Below are positions 11,937 through 26,350 of a DNA stretch of 64,000 bases, piece after piece (positions within the stretch are counted from its first letter, which is position 1; every line of letters begins with the position of its first letter). A program made the translations under genes and the position numbers. This DNA comes from Paraglomus brasilianum (Eukaryota). Location of the stretch: NCBI GenBank assembly GCA_910592345.1, contig CAJVPI010000001.1:1-64000 (forward strand), given 5' to 3'. A model generated the notes under the pieces. The model searched no databases. It saw only the letters and a program-made list of their open reading frames with translations, and had not been told where the DNA came from.

Positions 11937-14889
11937 TGGTGCAAGTCCAAATGGAGTAGGCAAGCTGCGGGTTTGGGGTATGACAGATTTATGCTGTCTT
12001 TCCTAAAACGTTCTATAATCGTTCAGTCTGAAAATGAATAATCTCGATGATTTGATCGATAATCCAAAGAAGCGGATAGTTATAGTTTGTCAACCTAAAA
12101 TTTATGGTCTATCTGACACTATTTCCTGTCTGTAAATTTCCCAAACTCGCCGGAGTCATCTATGTCAAAAGGTGTCCGTAGCATTAGCTTGCGGACAATA
12201 GGATGTAACAGCTTGGCTTACCCTCTAAACTTTAATACTGAAGTGCGTTGCGTTGTAATGTTATGTGTATTAGTGACAGTCGTGTGTGGGAATGTATTGT
12301 TTGTTTGCTAATAATGGTATTTCTGAAAAGGAGTTTACAAATCAATCCGCCCATGTTAAACAGAGTCTACAATACACTCTACGCGTTTGTTTGTTTGCTA
12401 CTAGACATTAATGGGTAGAAAATCGAGTATGGTCACACAGCCGAGCCATTGACTAACAATGTGTGTGAGTTCAATTCTTGAATGTTCAAATTCGACCAAG
12501 CAAATCAAATTAGGCAGGCAAGGCATGACTGTGGGATGAATGCAACAAACATTCGTTAGGGTATTGGTAGAATTTGCATCGGTACCTTCAGCCGAGAAAA
12601 CCGTTTGAGAATAGTTTGAGTAGTATTTTGCTAAGAACATCCTTAGCAGAAACTGCGTTCTTGGAAGGAGGCGTAATTATGGCGGATCTCTATTGCGAAA
12701 GGATATTCATGAACAACTGAGAACATTCGTAATCTTGTGTCTTTAGAATAAAAGAATAGAGTTAACATTGTATCACCAATAATTAATAATCGACTATTAT
12801 AGACATTCAATAGATGTTCTCCTAATCACCTTTCATTAAAGGAGTACAGAAACGTGGGATGGTACTAATACAATTTGAATCAGGACTAACGAGCGTGAAT
12901 GTGATTAATTACCACAATTGCTTATTATATAAGGCAACTGTAGTTACATATAAAATAAATAGGGCGGTTTTTAACAATAGGAAGAAATCACCCTCATAAC
13001 GAAATAATACTTATATATTATCGAGTTATATACAGAACTTTGCCTGTTTTAGGTTTCTCCATTGTGCGACAACACATTGTCCTTCAACACTATTCTCAAA
13101 ATATCCATGTCGAATCCTACAATAGCTAGATCCTCCGTTCCGTATGCATAACCTCTTTCCCTCCAGTTTCTTTTCTTATTTCTCTTCTTTTGCTTCGTCA
13201 CATGCTTTCCAGTAGTAATAGCGCAAGAATTTGTAGTCTTTGCAATGGCCGTTTCGATGATACGTACGCGTTGAGCGATGTGGAGATAGCAAAAGTCATA
13301 TGGAAAGTGGAGATCAAGTACCCAAGGATCTAGAAGTGAAGAGATTATCGAATGGAAGAAAGCATATGAATATGCACCGTACAAGACACGTATAATTGAA
13401 CCATCATTCGAATAATCCCTTCCGATTAACGCTACCGCTTCATTCTACACTTACTATTAGCTGCACTTCTCCCGGCTGTCAAGAAGCGGGAACCGATTTA
13501 TGGCCTTTTATAGTGTTCTATCATCCTCTCACCAATATCCAATTCTTTTCCATCATCATAAAGTTCATTCATTCCTTTCATCAATCATTACATTACTTCT
13601 AGGGCGATCTTAGTCGAACAGTTAAAACAATCAATGTCTTGAAGCGGTGTGGCAAGTGTCTAAAAGGGAAGATATGCAAATCAATATCAAAAAAGCTGGT
13701 TTAACAGTCATCATCCCCGACGAACTGTCCACGTCCTGGCACCAACTTTCTCCACCCTCCACCCTTTCCTCTCTGTATGATGAGCTCTTACCGTATCTTT
13801 TTTAAACCACATTTTACTTGGTACACACTCATATCCACTTTTCTGTCGTGTTTCCTCAGATAACATAGGTACCAGGAGAGCAGAGTTTTGATTTCCCGTC
13901 AGGAAGTAGTTATGTGGAGAACTGTTTAGTGTATCCTAGTGGGAAATGCGAACGAATTCGGAGGAAATTGAGACGATGGGTAACGATAACTAGTATTAAA
14001 TACGGTATGTTCTTATTTCCCATCCCCATTTTCATTTCCCATCCCCACCCATTCTCATTTCTCATCCCCATTCACAAATGTCAACACACCTTGTAGGGTA
14101 GATTGCTTATTAATATCCGTATATACTGTAAATTGGGCGTTAACAGAAATAAAATCTACGCAAATATCCAAGACCGATTCCTCGCTACAGAGAGCAAGCG
14201 CAAAATATATCGAATGGAACTATCCGGATGGCGTGATAGTCTTTGCATGTATATATAAATATAAAGCTTATTTCGATAGCTACTATCTCATTTGACCTAA
14301 AACAAGGTAAAATCAATAAGATACAACGTTTGCTGCGTCTTGCCAACCGACACTTCCAGTCACAAACGCATACTGCAATTCGTTATCCATTCTTTCCTTG
14401 CGGTTTTGATCATAAAATGCTTCTATCTAAGCCTGTAAGTTGGTCCATTATGTCAAGATTTTTTTTGATTGAACATCTAACCAATCCGAAGGCAGCAACA
14501 CAAAATATTTGGGATCTTCATCTACAAAACACAACAGGACGTACCAGGGCATTTAGCGCCTGATTAAGTAATTAAGAATATTAAAGCGATTAATTAAGCA
14601 TTTTCATTCATTATGTCAGTAGTTCCTGCAAACTATGGAAGGTAATTTCCAACGTTACTGTTGAGAGTAAAAAGACTGTCAAATTATGTTCTATTATCGC
14701 ATAACATTTTCTAAAGACACCCAAATACAAAAGCAATTACCAGAAAGGCCCAAGGTCGAATAAATTCACCCCGTGATGGTATTATTATTGACCGCTGGAC
14801 ATAAGACTTAGTTGACAATAATGAAAGGCGCGACCAAATTCGCATACATTATATCGGCTCACATAAAAGTAGGGGCTAACAAATGTCTT

Positions 14890-15060
14890 TATTTAGTAAA
14901 ATTTACACCTCTCACTATATGAACGCTCTTATTAGTAAAATTTACACCTCTCCCCTATACATTTATCTATGAACGCTCTTATTAGTAAAATTTACTCCTC
15001 TCACTATACTTTTATCTATGAACGCTCTTATTAGTAAAATTTACACCTCTCACTATACAT
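14890..15060. repeat. Minisatellite, 4 copies of an approximately 49-bp unit
   Basis: TTAGTAAAATTTACACCTCTCACTATA...ATGAACGCTCTTA starts at about 14893, 14932, 14982 and 15031. Confidence 0.9.
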
Positions 15061-16911
15061 TTTATTTATATACATGTGTAAATTTAGTGTCCCTTTCCCG
15101 TCGTATGTCTTTATTTTCCCACTACGTTAACGCTTAACTCGGCCACCCAGCATGGCCGAATCGGCAGCAATCTTGAGCCCCGATTGGCCGAATTGGAAGC
15201 AATTCGAGCTTCCTTTGAATTTGAATAATTCAGATGCAGTCAGTGTGCATCCGATTTTGCTTCGCGAGCCGCAGTCTCCGTTATTGGTGTTAAGGCGTTG
15301 ACCATTCTCAAGCCTTGGTAAGAACCAGGAGTAAACCCGAGTGTCAGCATACACAGCTGATATTGTTTTCTCAGTGGGCAGGACTGCTCGAGTAAATTTG
15401 TCCGAGCTTTCGCGGAAAAGGCGCGGAGGAGGCCCAAGGAGGAAAGAGAGTTGAGTTTTATGACGTTTGGCGTCTTGTAATTTGTTTTAAAATAGGAGAC
15501 GAAAGGCTTGTAGTTTTTTATTTGGTATGACGGGTTTATCGAAAGTTTAATAGCGTAGGGTAGTAGTAGCATTTTGCGAATCCGTGGTGATATGGATACT
15601 TAACAGCACGAAATGGACTGTTATTTTATAGGGTTCGTTCTCCATTCACACACCCTATTCTAAATTTATACAACAGTGGACAAAGGGGCGACGCCCCCAC
15701 TGTATTGGCTGTTTTTGGGAATTCTTTGTAAGAGGATACCCTGCTCAAATTATGCAGTTGTGTCGTGCTAGCTGCATGGTCGGTCCAATTTCGGGTTTAT
15801 TCAACGAAATGTAGATGAGATGGCAGAGATAAAGAACCATATTCCCACATACCTTATTGTCCATTCATTTCTGGAAGGTTAAGCAAGTTTCATGTGGATG
15901 ATTGGAAAAACGTCGTTTCACAAAAACTCGAGCTTCTCCTCCCTAATACTAACAGCTGGGTGAGTATATTGTCGGGTTGAATCACATGATTTACATTAAC
16001 GTTTGTATCTAATAATAGCCTTAGACGGCTTAGCCTGTGCAATGATACTATACTGCTTGAACCTGCATCTGGGACATTGTTTTGAATTCTGAATGCTCAT
16101 AACAACGTTGAATGGTCAAACATGCTAAAGGCGCCCATCCTGGTATATCATTGAGACATCGATATAATTAAAATTCGCGAAAGCGACCAAAGTGAGTATG
16201 AAAATTAGGATCTACATACAGGTTAACTTAAAAAAGTAATGGAAAAAATCTCTTTAGGTGTTATGCGGCGACAACTGGAACAAACGACGTTTGTCGGTTC
16301 GATGACATCGATATTTGTACCTGGGAATGACACGAAATGGCAGAGAGATTCGTTGAAATAAAGACATTAATAATTGAACATTCCATATCAATTAATATCA
16401 AGCGTGCACATTCTCTTCGGGGCTATTGTCATGTGATCTCGAGGGTAGTCAGTATCAACAACAGGCGTAATTCCCATGAAAGTCAAGAATGAATATTGCA
16501 TTAACATGAGACTTTTAATTCCTAACTGAAGAATAACACTCACGAATACAACACTGGCATTAACAAGTTTGCTAACGACAGAATTCGAACTTACTCGACG
16601 TTGAAAGTCCCGAACTTTCCGGTCAATACATAAACAGTCAAGCTGCGTCGGAGTAACAGATTTCCATTGACGGTAAATTGAGAGTTGCAATAAGATGCAA
16701 CAAAACCAGACAAAAGTGAACATTTATCACGTGAATTGAAAATGGCTGGTGTGGCTGAAAAATTTCAACGAGGCTTTGCTTGATTTTGCACAAATACATA
16801 CTACTTTTTAGACCCATTGCTATGTTATAAGCGAATGTAACCAGCACTTGCTGCAACATATTTGACTGTACAAATAGTACTGCACATGGTTTCTTCTAAT
16901 TGCAAGCGAGA

Positions 16912-17125
16912 TACAGTGTGTTGCAAAAAAAATGGGGTTGTAAATAAATTTGGCTAATTAATAAATTTGACGCGTTCATTGGACGTATTCGTAAAACTAA
17001 ATTAGGTTTTCTTTATTTTCAACATTTTTATAAGCAAAATTTTAAAAGTTTGTCTTTGTATAGTTCAATAACATGGTTAAATCGAAATTTGAAACTAATC
17101 GACAAACTATTTTGTACTTGGTATC
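16912..17125 (+). mobile_element. Possible Tc1/mariner-like left terminus
   Basis: TA-CAGTGTGTTGCAAAAAAA followed by very AT-rich non-coding sequence; no partner TIR identified. Confidence 0.3.
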
Positions 17126-19479
17126 ATTCAACAAAGAAATACATAAATGACTATTGTATCTCTACCCGCGAGTAAAATACCCCTCAGCAGTTTTGAAAAT
17201 ACCCGGTTACTATTCTCAAGTAAAATATCCGGGGTGGTTTAAACAAATGATTTCATGCAAAGTATAATTTCATTATATGAGTGAAGTCTACCATACATTC
17301 TCATATATGATATCCTCCTCGTAAACATAATCACATCATAATCAGGCACATTATTCAGATATAATCCCCTCCATCAAAATACTCCTTACTACTACCGACT
17401 GAAAATAAGTTTGTTAATAGTTTTGTTGAAAGTGTCTTGTCGCGGTTCTGGTTGTTTATATTTTGTCATTTTAGTTTTAAAGTGTTGTGGTTGATTATGT
17501 TTTGTCATCTGATTTTAAAGCTCTCTCGTTTCTCCAAGGAAAGCAAAAGACTTCTTCTTTATTCACTCGTTTTCTTTCTTCATTGAGCGATGAGAGATTC
17601 GTAACCACTTTCCGGAATACTATATTTGTCTGAACTAAGATGAGTGGGTTATTTTGGCCATCTCCTTTGCAAACTTGCAATATAATCAACTGCATCTGTT
17701 TGAGTCTTGTTTGGGTTCATAAGTGGTATGTATCAATTACTCCGATGCATAATTTGATAATTGATCAACTCATAATGGTGTAAGATTTTTTCTCAATTCA
17801 GCATTTTCTGGTAAGCTTTCCAATATGTGTCAGATGGTGATGTGTATATTCGTGAAGGTGTTTTTCCCTTTCGTGAGATACCCCCCATGCCATTACTTTT
17901 TGGTGTAATTTTGGTAATCGGCGAATTGGGTTTTCGCCACTCTTATGCCACCGACTGACTTTATTCCGAAAAAGATCAGATGCTGTCTCGTCAGTGAATA
18001 TAGTTCAAGCCGTAAGTGTGCCCGTGCCCAAGCTTTTCGTAGCTCAATATGCCGACTAGTGACATTGGCGTTGACGAGGTATAGAACTCTCATACTCCTT
18101 TTTTTTTTTTTTTTTTCATATGTCGCCAAATGGTAGCGTATGGAATGCACTATTTCGGCACACTTGCTGTCCAACGTTGCGAGAGATGTTTTTTTAGATT
18201 GTCAAGAACAGTGCGATATAGATAAGGAATATTGGTCTGTTTAATATTAACCATGGTTGCGATATTTATTACTTATTAACATGGAAATTAAGACGCGTTT
18301 GTTATTCAATAGCACGCTTCCTTATTTATTTACAAAACAAGTTCCCGGTTTTTTTCGTTACACACAGTATATAAAAGTGTTCCCTGATCACGTGTTTTCT
18401 TGCGCGTTTTTAAAAGGAAACCTTACTCCTGCTGAGCAACGATAGAAGATGCCTCCACTCATGATCCGCTTGTAACTGCCAACGATGTAGCAACATCGTT
18501 CATATAGTTTGCATAAATTAACGGTGAATATCACAATAGCCCTCGAAAGGAAATGCCAAACCAATTACATCGCAAAGATCTCTATCGTTGAGGTTATACA
18601 TGAAGTTGGAGAGCGTGTGATGTTATTGATTCCGCTTCAAATGCTGACGGTCTGTCTCCACCTATTTATATACAGATTGATATTACTGAATTTTATGTAT
18701 AGAAGTGCGTAGGCGTCTTGGTACTATTTCGGAATGTCTACATTCTTAAACTTAACGAGCGCCCCATTTGACATTAAATTCCGGTCTTTTTCTTGAATTC
18801 GTCTATCATGAGACTCTTGTGTATTTGTCTTTGACGCATTCAATAAACAGAAATGTTCGATAAGTCGTATTTTAACGCGGGTGATGATTCGAAATAGCCT
18901 CAAATCGACGATACAATTGAAGTTGCTCCTAGTGAGTCTTCCATCGAGAAATATCCGAGACATGTCCATCCAACGAGACAAGTTTTGAAGAAGACAGCAC
19001 TTGTCTAAATCTATCGCGAAAACTGTGCTTTGGTAGATCTAGAGATCACAGACTTCAGGACCTATATTTTTAATAGAATTTTTTGAGCAAATCGAAATTC
19101 ATAAGCACTAATTAAATTGAAAAGACCAGAGCATTTGTCAAGTAATTTAATACTATTAAATGACATGTACATTTTTGAATACGCAAAAACTTCTGTCTCC
19201 TTGTACATTCTTTTGTTGATGCTCATAAAAGTTCTCAAGCAATCGACACACAAGCTTCAGAGTCTCCCCCGGTCGTGTGACCTATGTTTTTAACAGAATG
19301 TAATAAGCGAGAGACACTAAAATTTACAAAGTGATTATTCTATCGCGTGCACAAAACTTACTTTTTTTGCCCTTCGCACAGTGGTGTGCCTAACCAGCTT
19401 TAGAGCCTCCCCAATAAAGAATACACATTGTCAACGCCGGTATATAGAATATCAGCATTGTTAATATCTGACATTCTGA

Positions 19480-20070
19480 CATCCTCCATCTGTAACTATT
19501 CCTATCCCTCATTGTTTCGTTCGTCACTCTGTTAATAATTGAGATAATGAGATCGGTAACATTCCATCGTGTCTTGATCCTGTGGCAATATTGTCAGCGC
19601 AATTAGTAAACGGGTATATTGACAGGCAACGAGTGACTTCCCGCTTTCATTAACGATTGTCCCATTTTAAGACTCACAATAAATGGCATCAAGAACACTG
19701 GTAGACTATTATCACATGGTCTGTGTCCATGTTTGTATGGTCTTAACGATCGTAGTGATAGAACAGCCATCCCATCTACGATCTCCTAGTACTTGTAGAA
19801 TCGATGAATATCTTCTAACTTCTATAAGTGAAATTTAATATTAAAGAGATAAGAATATAGTTGCTTATCAGTAAAACGTTCATGAATATGCTGGCACGTG
19901 ATTAACTTCGTACCGTTAAATCCTATACAGCCGAAAAATGCAATACGAATAGTATCAGTACCTCCATGATTACGGCAATCATGGAATATCCTTTCCATCG
20001 AACAGGTTCTTGGAAGCGCTAATAATAGTCGTAAATCGCCCTTTTCGTTGATTGGTGATAGAACGTTCAT
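19480..20070 (-). mobile_element. Possible highly decayed non-LTR (LINE) reverse transcriptase
   Basis: Across shifted frames: KGDLRLLLALP...ERIF (resembles KGD..NYRPISLL...KIF), HGHRPCDNSLPVFLMPFI (resembles RGxRQGDPLSPLLF) and CADNIA (resembles YADDI), in the expected order. Similarity is weak. Confidence 0.3.
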
Positions 20071-22959
20071 CTGTGAATAAAAATAACTTTAATAATAGAC
20101 GATGAAAGACAGTTGGAGATAGTGCGGGCCCCCATATTTCATCTAGTAATCATTGCCATTCTTTCAAGCGTCCCACGCGTATGATCCTAATAATACTTGT
20201 ACGTTATCCTCAATCCCACGCCGCGTCCCAGAAATGTAACATCACGATTAATTTGCTAACAAGTATTAGCAACAACAGTAACAGTAACAAGACTTTAACG
20301 TCACAGGCATCATCCTATTGCATCATTCCTAACATAATTATACGCATTGTCCTTCCATCCATCCGCGGCAAAGTTGTGTTATATTTAGATTACCTCCACT
20401 TGAAAGTTGGTAATTATGTTAGACCGTGAGGATGTAAAAACTCTCTCACTCACTGTTCAAAATTCCCATGCTGAGTGACACCAACAGTAAGACCCACGTG
20501 CTGTTACAACAGTATCGATCTTCCTGCTTTGAATAGCATGTGTCACGTCTATATTCGTTTCGTCGTCTTAATTTAATAAATATCAGCATTGCGTATTTAC
20601 TAGTCACCAAGATCGAATTACGCCTCCTAGCTTGCTGACGATGGGAAACCTTCACCCCACTTACGCACGCCTCAATTTAATTAAGCAGTGCACAACACAA
20701 CACACGATTACTGTTATTGGAGATCGATCATGTGTCGCTGGTTTGCTATGTTATGGAGTATTATACCCATCATGCATTCGTTGTTTATGATTCCAATATA
20801 CACGCCGACTCTTCAAAGATATTACTATGATTTCTCCATTTGAATGGGGCAGCAGCGCTATCAACCGATCATAAACTCCTAATCCATCAGATAAGATTCC
20901 ATTTGAATTACGATCAGATCCAGGTAGTCAACATATGACGTTCCACCCTATTGTTGACCCCGTCATCCTTCTGACACTAACTAAAGTCTTTTTCTTCTCG
21001 CGATTAAATTTCATGATTTCAATGTTCTCTTCATCTCTTCGTCTCAGAATGCAAGGCCTTGAACCATCCTCGACTAGCCAACCTCTGTAAAGTGTTCTAA
21101 TAAGGATTTGTCATTCAATGCTACGGGTCTACGGCTTTTTCACATAATCGCGTTTCCGATTTTTTGCTGAACAATCAAATGTAGAATCTCGGCGCTCCAA
21201 TCACGGATTTCGTCACGCACAAAAGAATCATATCGTATGATCTGATAAAGACACAACCTCGAATTCATGGAATGTGAAGAAACGTAGATTGATTGCAAAT
21301 AGATAAAGTGCAAGTTGGATTGATCGCTGTGACCCGTGTTTGCCGAATACTGTGCTTTGCGGTGAGTACTGATTAGTGAAGCGTATGTGTAATAGAAGGT
21401 TATTGTATGTTAAGATCACGATAATTAAAAAAGTCAGGGTTAGCATGTGATCCTATAATTACATTATTACTTCCATTATTCCACTGCCCTATTGTTCCCG
21501 TTAATTCATCCAAACTATACTCCATCACTCAACATTTCCAACTCCAAAGTTCTTTTCCTTGATTATTTGCCGTTGGCTAATTTGTTGATATCTGCTCCTC
21601 TCACAAGACTCAACTGGTCGTTGTTCTCCGGTTCTGATCTACGTCTAGATATCGTTGATGTTCCTACGATTATGGCTGCTAGATTGAGCACTTTGGACTA
21701 GATGGAGCATCTGTTATCGTTTGTCTCCATGACAGTTGTCGAAACACGCGTTGTTACTTGATATATATTCTTTACTGTCATATCTTCGATTCTGCCGATG
21801 AGAACGATTTATAACGGTCAAATTCTTAGAAGTCCTCCATTCACTGTTACCATCCCACCCATTTATCCTTGTCGAGTCTGCTGCGAGTAGACGGTAGAAG
21901 AACCTATTTCGATTATCCTCCTTTGCCATTTCTCTGGCCAAGTGGCATATCCTGCCAGTAATCGGGCGTCAATCTGATTCCAACTGGCCGCCGGTACACT
22001 TATTATCTAATCCTCAAATCTGTACATTGCGGGCCCATACTTCTTTCGTCATAATAGCAAGTCAGCCATCTGCTAATTGTAAACGCTACTTGAATGATAA
22101 CTCTAAGCTGTCGTACAAGGAAAGCTTAATATGACACTATAATAATAAGCCATTATGTAAAAGACGCTCTATTTTATCATGTGAAAACTACGTAAATTAA
22201 GGGTTAATTAATGTTTTTGCATCATGTCTAATTTGGCCAATCACGGCGTGATTTTACGGGTGCAACAAACAAAAAAATAAACTATTGTTCATTTGTATTG
22301 TAACGTTCACCAATGCTGGCAGTGTTACTGGGATCAATGGCGGCTAGCGACAAGAAGACAGAGTAGCAATACAATGCCTTTATTGGTAACTGGTCTAAAA
22401 AGCTACTTGCTTTGTTCTATGACCATGATCACGAGAACGATCGATTCAAGAAACCAAAGTCCTGTCATGAAAGAATCCTGCCATGAAAGAAATCTTCCAA
22501 CAGCCTCTGTAACAACTATTGTAATTATTGAGCAGATTTCCTTTCGTAACACATAGTTCTACTCTGCAGTTCCCACGCAGACAGAAGAACGTTTTTTGGG
22601 GTTCTTGATCTCAAATTTTACGAATCTGATTATGACGTATTGGCAGTTCAAATTAATATTGTCGAATGTCAATAGCACTTGCTCTGATAGTTCCATTCAT
22701 GCATGAGTAGAAACGACGATGTGTATGGAAACTTGAGATTATTCATGTTCTTAATTATTGGATTTACATGGAAAGTTTTCTATCAATTTACCCCCCCAAC
22801 AGGAAAACCAAGCACCTGCTGCGGAACTTCTTTAATTTTGTATATTGTACAATGGAAAGATGTTACAGCCAATGATTTCACTGCCATCGGACCATCATGG
22901 AACGTTTAGGAAAGACAAACATTATACAACCGCAGTTACACATCCATTTACATTGAAAG

Positions 22960-22973
22960 TATTTAAACACGCT
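22960..22973 (+). promoter_or_regulatory. TATA-like core promoter motif of Sel1 gene 2
   Basis: TATTTAAACACGCT about 150 bp upstream of ATG 23119, followed by a C/A-rich leader. Confidence 0.5.
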
Positions 22974-23118
22974 ACTTTTTTCCACCAAACAAAAAACCAG
23001 TCTTTTTATACCGTTCTGATCTCACCTCTTGATATTAATATCGCACCCCCCTTTAAATCCGCACACTTACAAAATACATAATAATAACCCAACACTCACA
23101 CGCTTAACTATCATCAAA

Positions 23119-24603
23119 ATGGAAGTCGTTCATAAATCAGCCTTCGAAGTATATCAAACCGCTGCCAAACAAAATGATCCTGTCGCACAATATTGTGTTG
23201 GTGTATGTTACAGCCAAGGAACTGGAATAGAGACCGATTTTAAAAAGGAAATTAAGGAAATTGAATTATTGGAGCAAAAAGCCAAACTCGGGTCCCCCTA
23301 TGCACAACATAAACTCGCTATATGTTATGGTGATGGATTAGGTATTGACCAAGACGATAAAAAGGCCGTTGAACTATATAAACAAGCCGCCGACCAAGGA
23401 TATGCTCCTGCACAATACGCTCTTGGCTCCTGCTATAATAATGGAACCGGAATAGAGAAGGACACTAACAAGGCGCTTGGATTGTATAACAGAGCTGCTG
23501 AGCAGGGTTATGCTCCTGCGCAGTACAAAATTGGTAAATATGTATCCCACGTTCACGCCGATTATCAATGGTCAATCAAATTGTTTAAAGGAGCTGCGGA
23601 CCAAGGTTATGATAAAGCGCAATATAGTCTTGGTATGTGTTATCTGAATAATATTGGCGTAGCGAAAGATGATCAAAAGGCTTTGACATTAATTCGAAAA
23701 GCCGCTGAACAGCGGTACCCTGCGGCACAGTATACCCTTGGTTTGTGCTATAGCAATGGGGTCGGAGTAGAAAAAGATTACAAAAAATCAGTCGAGCTAT
23801 ATCAATTGGCGGCTAACCAAATGTATGCGCCCGCTCAGTATAATCTTGCTACACACTACTTGAACGGCATTGGAACAGAAAAGAACATTCAAAAAGCCAT
23901 TGAACTATATGAAAATGCAGCCAAACAAGGACATTCCAAGGCGAAACACAATCTCGCTGTATGTTACGATAAGGGCGTTGGGGTGGAAAAAGATGCTCGC
24001 AAAGCCGTCAGATTATATAAAGCCGCTGCTGAACAAGGGATTGCCAGCTCGCAGTATAACCTTGCCATAAGCTATTATTACGGATTTGGAGTCGAGAAAG
24101 ATGCTCAAAAGGCCGTTGAGTTGTACCGAAAAGCTGCCGAACAAGGGCATGCTGGTGCTCAATATAATCTTAGCATGTGCCATTTGAGTGGGAAGGGAGC
24201 AGATATAGATGAACGAAAGGCAGTAGGATTACTTCAAAGAGCCATTGAACAAGAAAATCAAGAAAATGCGAATGAACTATATCAAAAAACAATTGAACTA
24301 TACCAAGAAACTGATAGGTACGAACTTGCAAAGGCGCAACATAATCTCGCCGTTTGCTACTGTAATGGGAAAGGGACAGAGAAAAACGACGCGAGAGCCT
24401 TTGAATTATTCAAAAATGCAGCAGAACAAGGGTATCCTCCTTCACAATATACTCTTAGTGTGTGTTATAGCAACGGTGTTGGCGTAGAAGAGGACACTCA
24501 AAAGGCAGTCGAATTATACCAAAGGGTTGTTGAACAAGAAGGTGCTTGTACACAATATGTTGTTAGTCTATCCAATGCAAATAGAGCTGAAGAGGATGAC
24601 TAA
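23119..24603 (+). CDS. Sel1-like repeat protein, about 11-12 repeats
   Basis: Uninterrupted ORF of Sel1 repeats (e.g. GYAPAQYALGSCYNNGTGIEKD); first ATG MEVVHK at 23119. Confidence 0.92.
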   Translation: MEVVHKSAFEVYQTAAKQNDPVAQYCVGVCYSQGTGIETDFKKEIKEIELLEQKAKLGSPYAQHKLAICYGDGLGIDQDDKKAVELYKQAADQGYAPAQYALGSCYNNGTGIEKDTNKALGLYNRAAEQGYAPAQYKIGKYVSHVHADYQWSIKLFKGAADQGYDKAQYSLGMCYLNNIGVAKDDQKALTLIRKAAEQRYPAAQYTLGLCYSNGVGVEKDYKKSVELYQLAANQMYAPAQYNLATHYLNGIGTEKNIQKAIELYENAAKQGHSKAKHNLAVCYDKGVGVEKDARKAVRLYKAAAEQGIASSQYNLAISYYYGFGVEKDAQKAVELYRKAAEQGHAGAQYNLSMCHLSGKGADIDERKAVGLLQRAIEQENQENANELYQKTIELYQETDRYELAKAQHNLAVCYCNGKGTEKNDARAFELFKNAAEQGYPPSQYTLSVCYSNGVGVEEDTQKAVELYQRVVEQEGACTQYVVSLSNANRAEEDD

Positions 24604-25037
24604 AAGAAGATCGAATGCGGGCGAGCGCGGTATAATATCGATAGTAGCTATAAATAGTCAAAAGGCGAGTCACTGTGGAGGGGACGGGCGCAATATATAT
24701 AGTACATAAACATTAAATCATTACAATCGAAATATTTATATAACATTGAATACGTATCAAACCTTTCTATAAGAACGTTGCAAGTCTTCGTTTTTCTTGG
24801 CAACTTAAATAGCTACGTCATGTCGATATTCACTTTCATAAAACACAATAAATAAGATCGAGAGCGTTTTGAAGATTAATTATCCAAGATTCACTGCATG
24901 GAATGAAAGTAGCGAATCGGATTAATTGTATTCAAGTTGCCGATTTGTTGACAGTACAATCGACATACCGGCCAATCATTACGCCACGGGAACTTTCCGG
25001 AATTTGTCAGATAAACATTTCGCTCGCACAAGATTAT

Positions 25038-25400
25038 TAAACCGTAAAAAACCGCAAAAAACCGCAAAAAACCGTACAAAAACCGTACAAACCGTACAAA
25101 AACCGTACAAACCGTACAAAAACCGTAAAAAACCGTAAAAACCTGTAAAAACCATAAGAAACCGTAGGAAACCGTAAAAAACGTACAAAAACCGTAGGAA
25201 ACCGTAAAAAATCGTAAGGAAAAACCGTAAATAAACCGTAAATAAACCGTAGGAAACCGTAAATAACCGTAAGAAAACCGTAAGGAAAAACCGTAAATAA
25301 ACCGTAGAAAACCGTAAATAACCGTAGGAAAACCGTAAATAAACCGTAATAAACCCGTAATAAACCGCAATAAACCGTAATAAACCGTAAGAAATCCGTA
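25038..25400. repeat. Degenerate array of AAACCGTA-type 9-12 bp units (about 30 copies)
   Basis: Directly visible AAACCGTA(A/C/G) array; it explains the spurious FYGFLRF ORFs on the minus strand. Confidence 0.92.
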
Positions 25401-25961
25401 TGACTTGATACTCTTAGCGTACATAACATTGCTATTACTCTCTCAACTTGGCTGATATCGCAATGGCTATGCTGTTATCTTATATAGCTTGTAGCGAGTG
25501 TTGGACACATTCATCCCATGAAATAGGAATGAGATATGTCATTGAACGATTCTTTCTTTATTGCTACTAATCTATGTACATTTTTCGTTAGATGGGGACA
25601 TGACAGTTCTGTGCATACCATGAGCGAATGCATGAGCGAATGCATGTATAATGTAAGCAATGTGCAATGTAACATACCAATACAAAGTAGAAAATGTAGT
25701 GTTAATGATATTAACTCTTTATATTAAATGTTCGATCAAACTGACTCCCCCCTTCCCACCTCGAAACATCCAGTGATATATTTCTCAAAGTGAATTTGTG
25801 TTATTTGGATTGCGCTGGCCCCTGCCTTAACCTGTGGGATTAATAAATGTAAGTTAGAGGATGAAAGAAGGCGAGGATGGCAGTAGAATGGAAAAAGAGA
25901 ATTTGAGAGTAAACGAGAAAGAACAGACATTACCTTAGCATACCACGGATGTACATTCAAA

Positions 25962-26350
25962 ACGCTTTTACTATTGATCCCACAACAGCATGTCACCACT
26001 GAAACTTAAATATATATATTATATGCTTACTTATGTACAACCGTAGAGGCAACGTAACTGAATCTGGGCATTACCATCATCATTGATAACACGCTTTTAC
26101 TATTGATCCCACAACAGCACGTCACCACTGAAAATGAATATATATATTAGTATGCTTACTTATGTACAACCGTAGAGGCAACGTAACTGAATGTGGACAT
26201 ACCATCATCATTGATAACACGCTTTTACTATTGATCCCACAACAGCACGTCACCACTGAAAATGAATATATATATTAGTATGCTTACTTATGTACAACCG
26301 TAGAGGCAACGTAACTGAATGTGGACATACCATCATCATTGATAAACACG
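25962..26350. repeat. Tandem triplication of an approximately 128-bp unit
   Basis: ACGCTTTTACTATTGATCCCACAACAGCA... starts at 25962, 26091 and 26219; copies are near identical. Confidence 0.93.

Noticed and set aside
14890..15060. CRISPR-like appearance of this and other short repeats (29362, 56686)
   Set aside because: Units are contiguous without unique spacers, there are no cas genes, and the context is eukaryotic.
15127..15572. GC-richer ORF possibly from a mitochondrial intron or homing endonuclease
   Set aside because: No LAGLIDADG or GIY-YIG motif could be identified; left unannotated.
24891..25429. F/Y/G/L/R-rich ORFs on the minus strand
   Set aside because: Artefacts of the stop-free AAACCGTA repeat array.
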